Shown: positions 63,151-64,000 of the stretch, piece by piece
Position numbering within the stretch: the first letter of the stretch is position 1
Layout: each line of letters opens with the position of its first letter
Assembly: GCA_049999805.1 (NCBI GenBank)
Contig: JBNGIO010006162.1
Location: 103,827 to 167,826 of the forward strand
DNA: 64,000 nucleotides
Direction of reading: 5' to 3'
Source: Folioceros fuciformis
Lineage: Eukaryota
The notes under the pieces: model-generated
Database searches by the model: none
Seen by the model: only the letters and a program-made list of their open reading frames with translations
Told to the model about the DNA's origin: nothing
Translations under genes and position numbers: made by a program

Positions 63151-64000
63151 TTACAATCTACAAAGAGACAATTCTGAGCATTATACAAACCTGCACAGGC
63201 GCACATAAGGGAGTGTGATCAATCAGAAAACAACATGGTGGAGCATCCATGCCTTTGTGGGAAGAGCTGCTGACCGCATGCAGAAGACTTTTGCCAAAGG
63301 AAATCACCAGGCAGACAGTTCTTTCATTGCCAGCCGGATTCACTTGTTCAAGTCTGTAATTGGTTCACACGATACACCAACCGTTTAGACAAACTGTGGG
63401 TTGCTGAATTTAGTGGCTGTGGCAGACAGAGATAAGCTGAAACATGACACCCGCCCTTCTTGAGGACTATTGAGGTGGTGTTAAAATTATGTTTGCCTGA
63501 TCTACCGATGCAAGGAAATGTTCCTTCAGTCACATCGGAAATGGGGAGGAGCTTGTGGAAGGCTTTACAATCGAGTGCTGTCTATGACGTGCCTATGTTC
63601 GGGGCCTCTCCATGTGCACAGACCTTGATGACTGCGAGAAAATCATCCTGACGTGCTTGAACACATTCACGCCCAACAAAATTCTACATCCTACAGCCCT
63701 GATGGCCGGTACTTCGCCGACAGCGAACTGGGCGGCTTTGATTGTGAAGTCGGCCCCATGAGCAGCTCCTGTGCCTTTCTTTGCAGTGATTATGTCCACA
63801 TCTATTAAGGCCCCGGAGAAGGGCATTGTTCCCACTTGTCCGATGCCTCCACCGCCGAGAGTGGGTCGCGTGCTAGTCTGATCCAATTGTTGACACGTTT
63901 TCAGTTAAGACAGTGCTATGCTTCAGGACAACAACAGCAGCAGCATGCAGATGTCAGTTACTTACGAGAATATGTTCTGGTACACCAGCTAGTCTGGCGA

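Noticed and set aside
63593-63886. Ankyrin-like snippet (AHGADFTIK) in a minus-strand ORF
   Set aside because: No TPLH motif or repetition; no supportable gene model at the window edge.

Overview
Eukaryotic nuclear DNA from a compact, gene-dense land-plant genome with short (about 80-130 bp) GT-AG introns. It is most likely a hornwort (Anthoceros-like); this is inferred from a GRP-ending DYW:KP PPR gene and the intron and gene density. Recognisable genes: MBD8-like, OPA3-like, two intact F-box genes plus one F-box pseudogene, starch branching enzyme I, organellar RecA, DPB4/NF-YB11, Treslin/TICRR-like, plastid NAD-MDH, a canonical PPR-DYW editing factor, IMP3, a C45 peptidase, a class-1-like phytoglobin, a SAGL1-like F-box/kelch gene and a peroxisomal AAE7-like ligase. 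AT-rich islands carry three related intronless RING-H2 genes, an Alba-like ORF and interstitial telomere repeats, and several minisatellites occur through the window. The most striking element is at 17208-19916 (-): a PLS-class PPR protein with a DYW:KP/GRP (putative U-to-C editing) domain and two N-terminal copies of the PDF motif otherwise known from organellar ssDNA-binding OSB proteins. All calls come from reading motifs by eye; no database searches were run.
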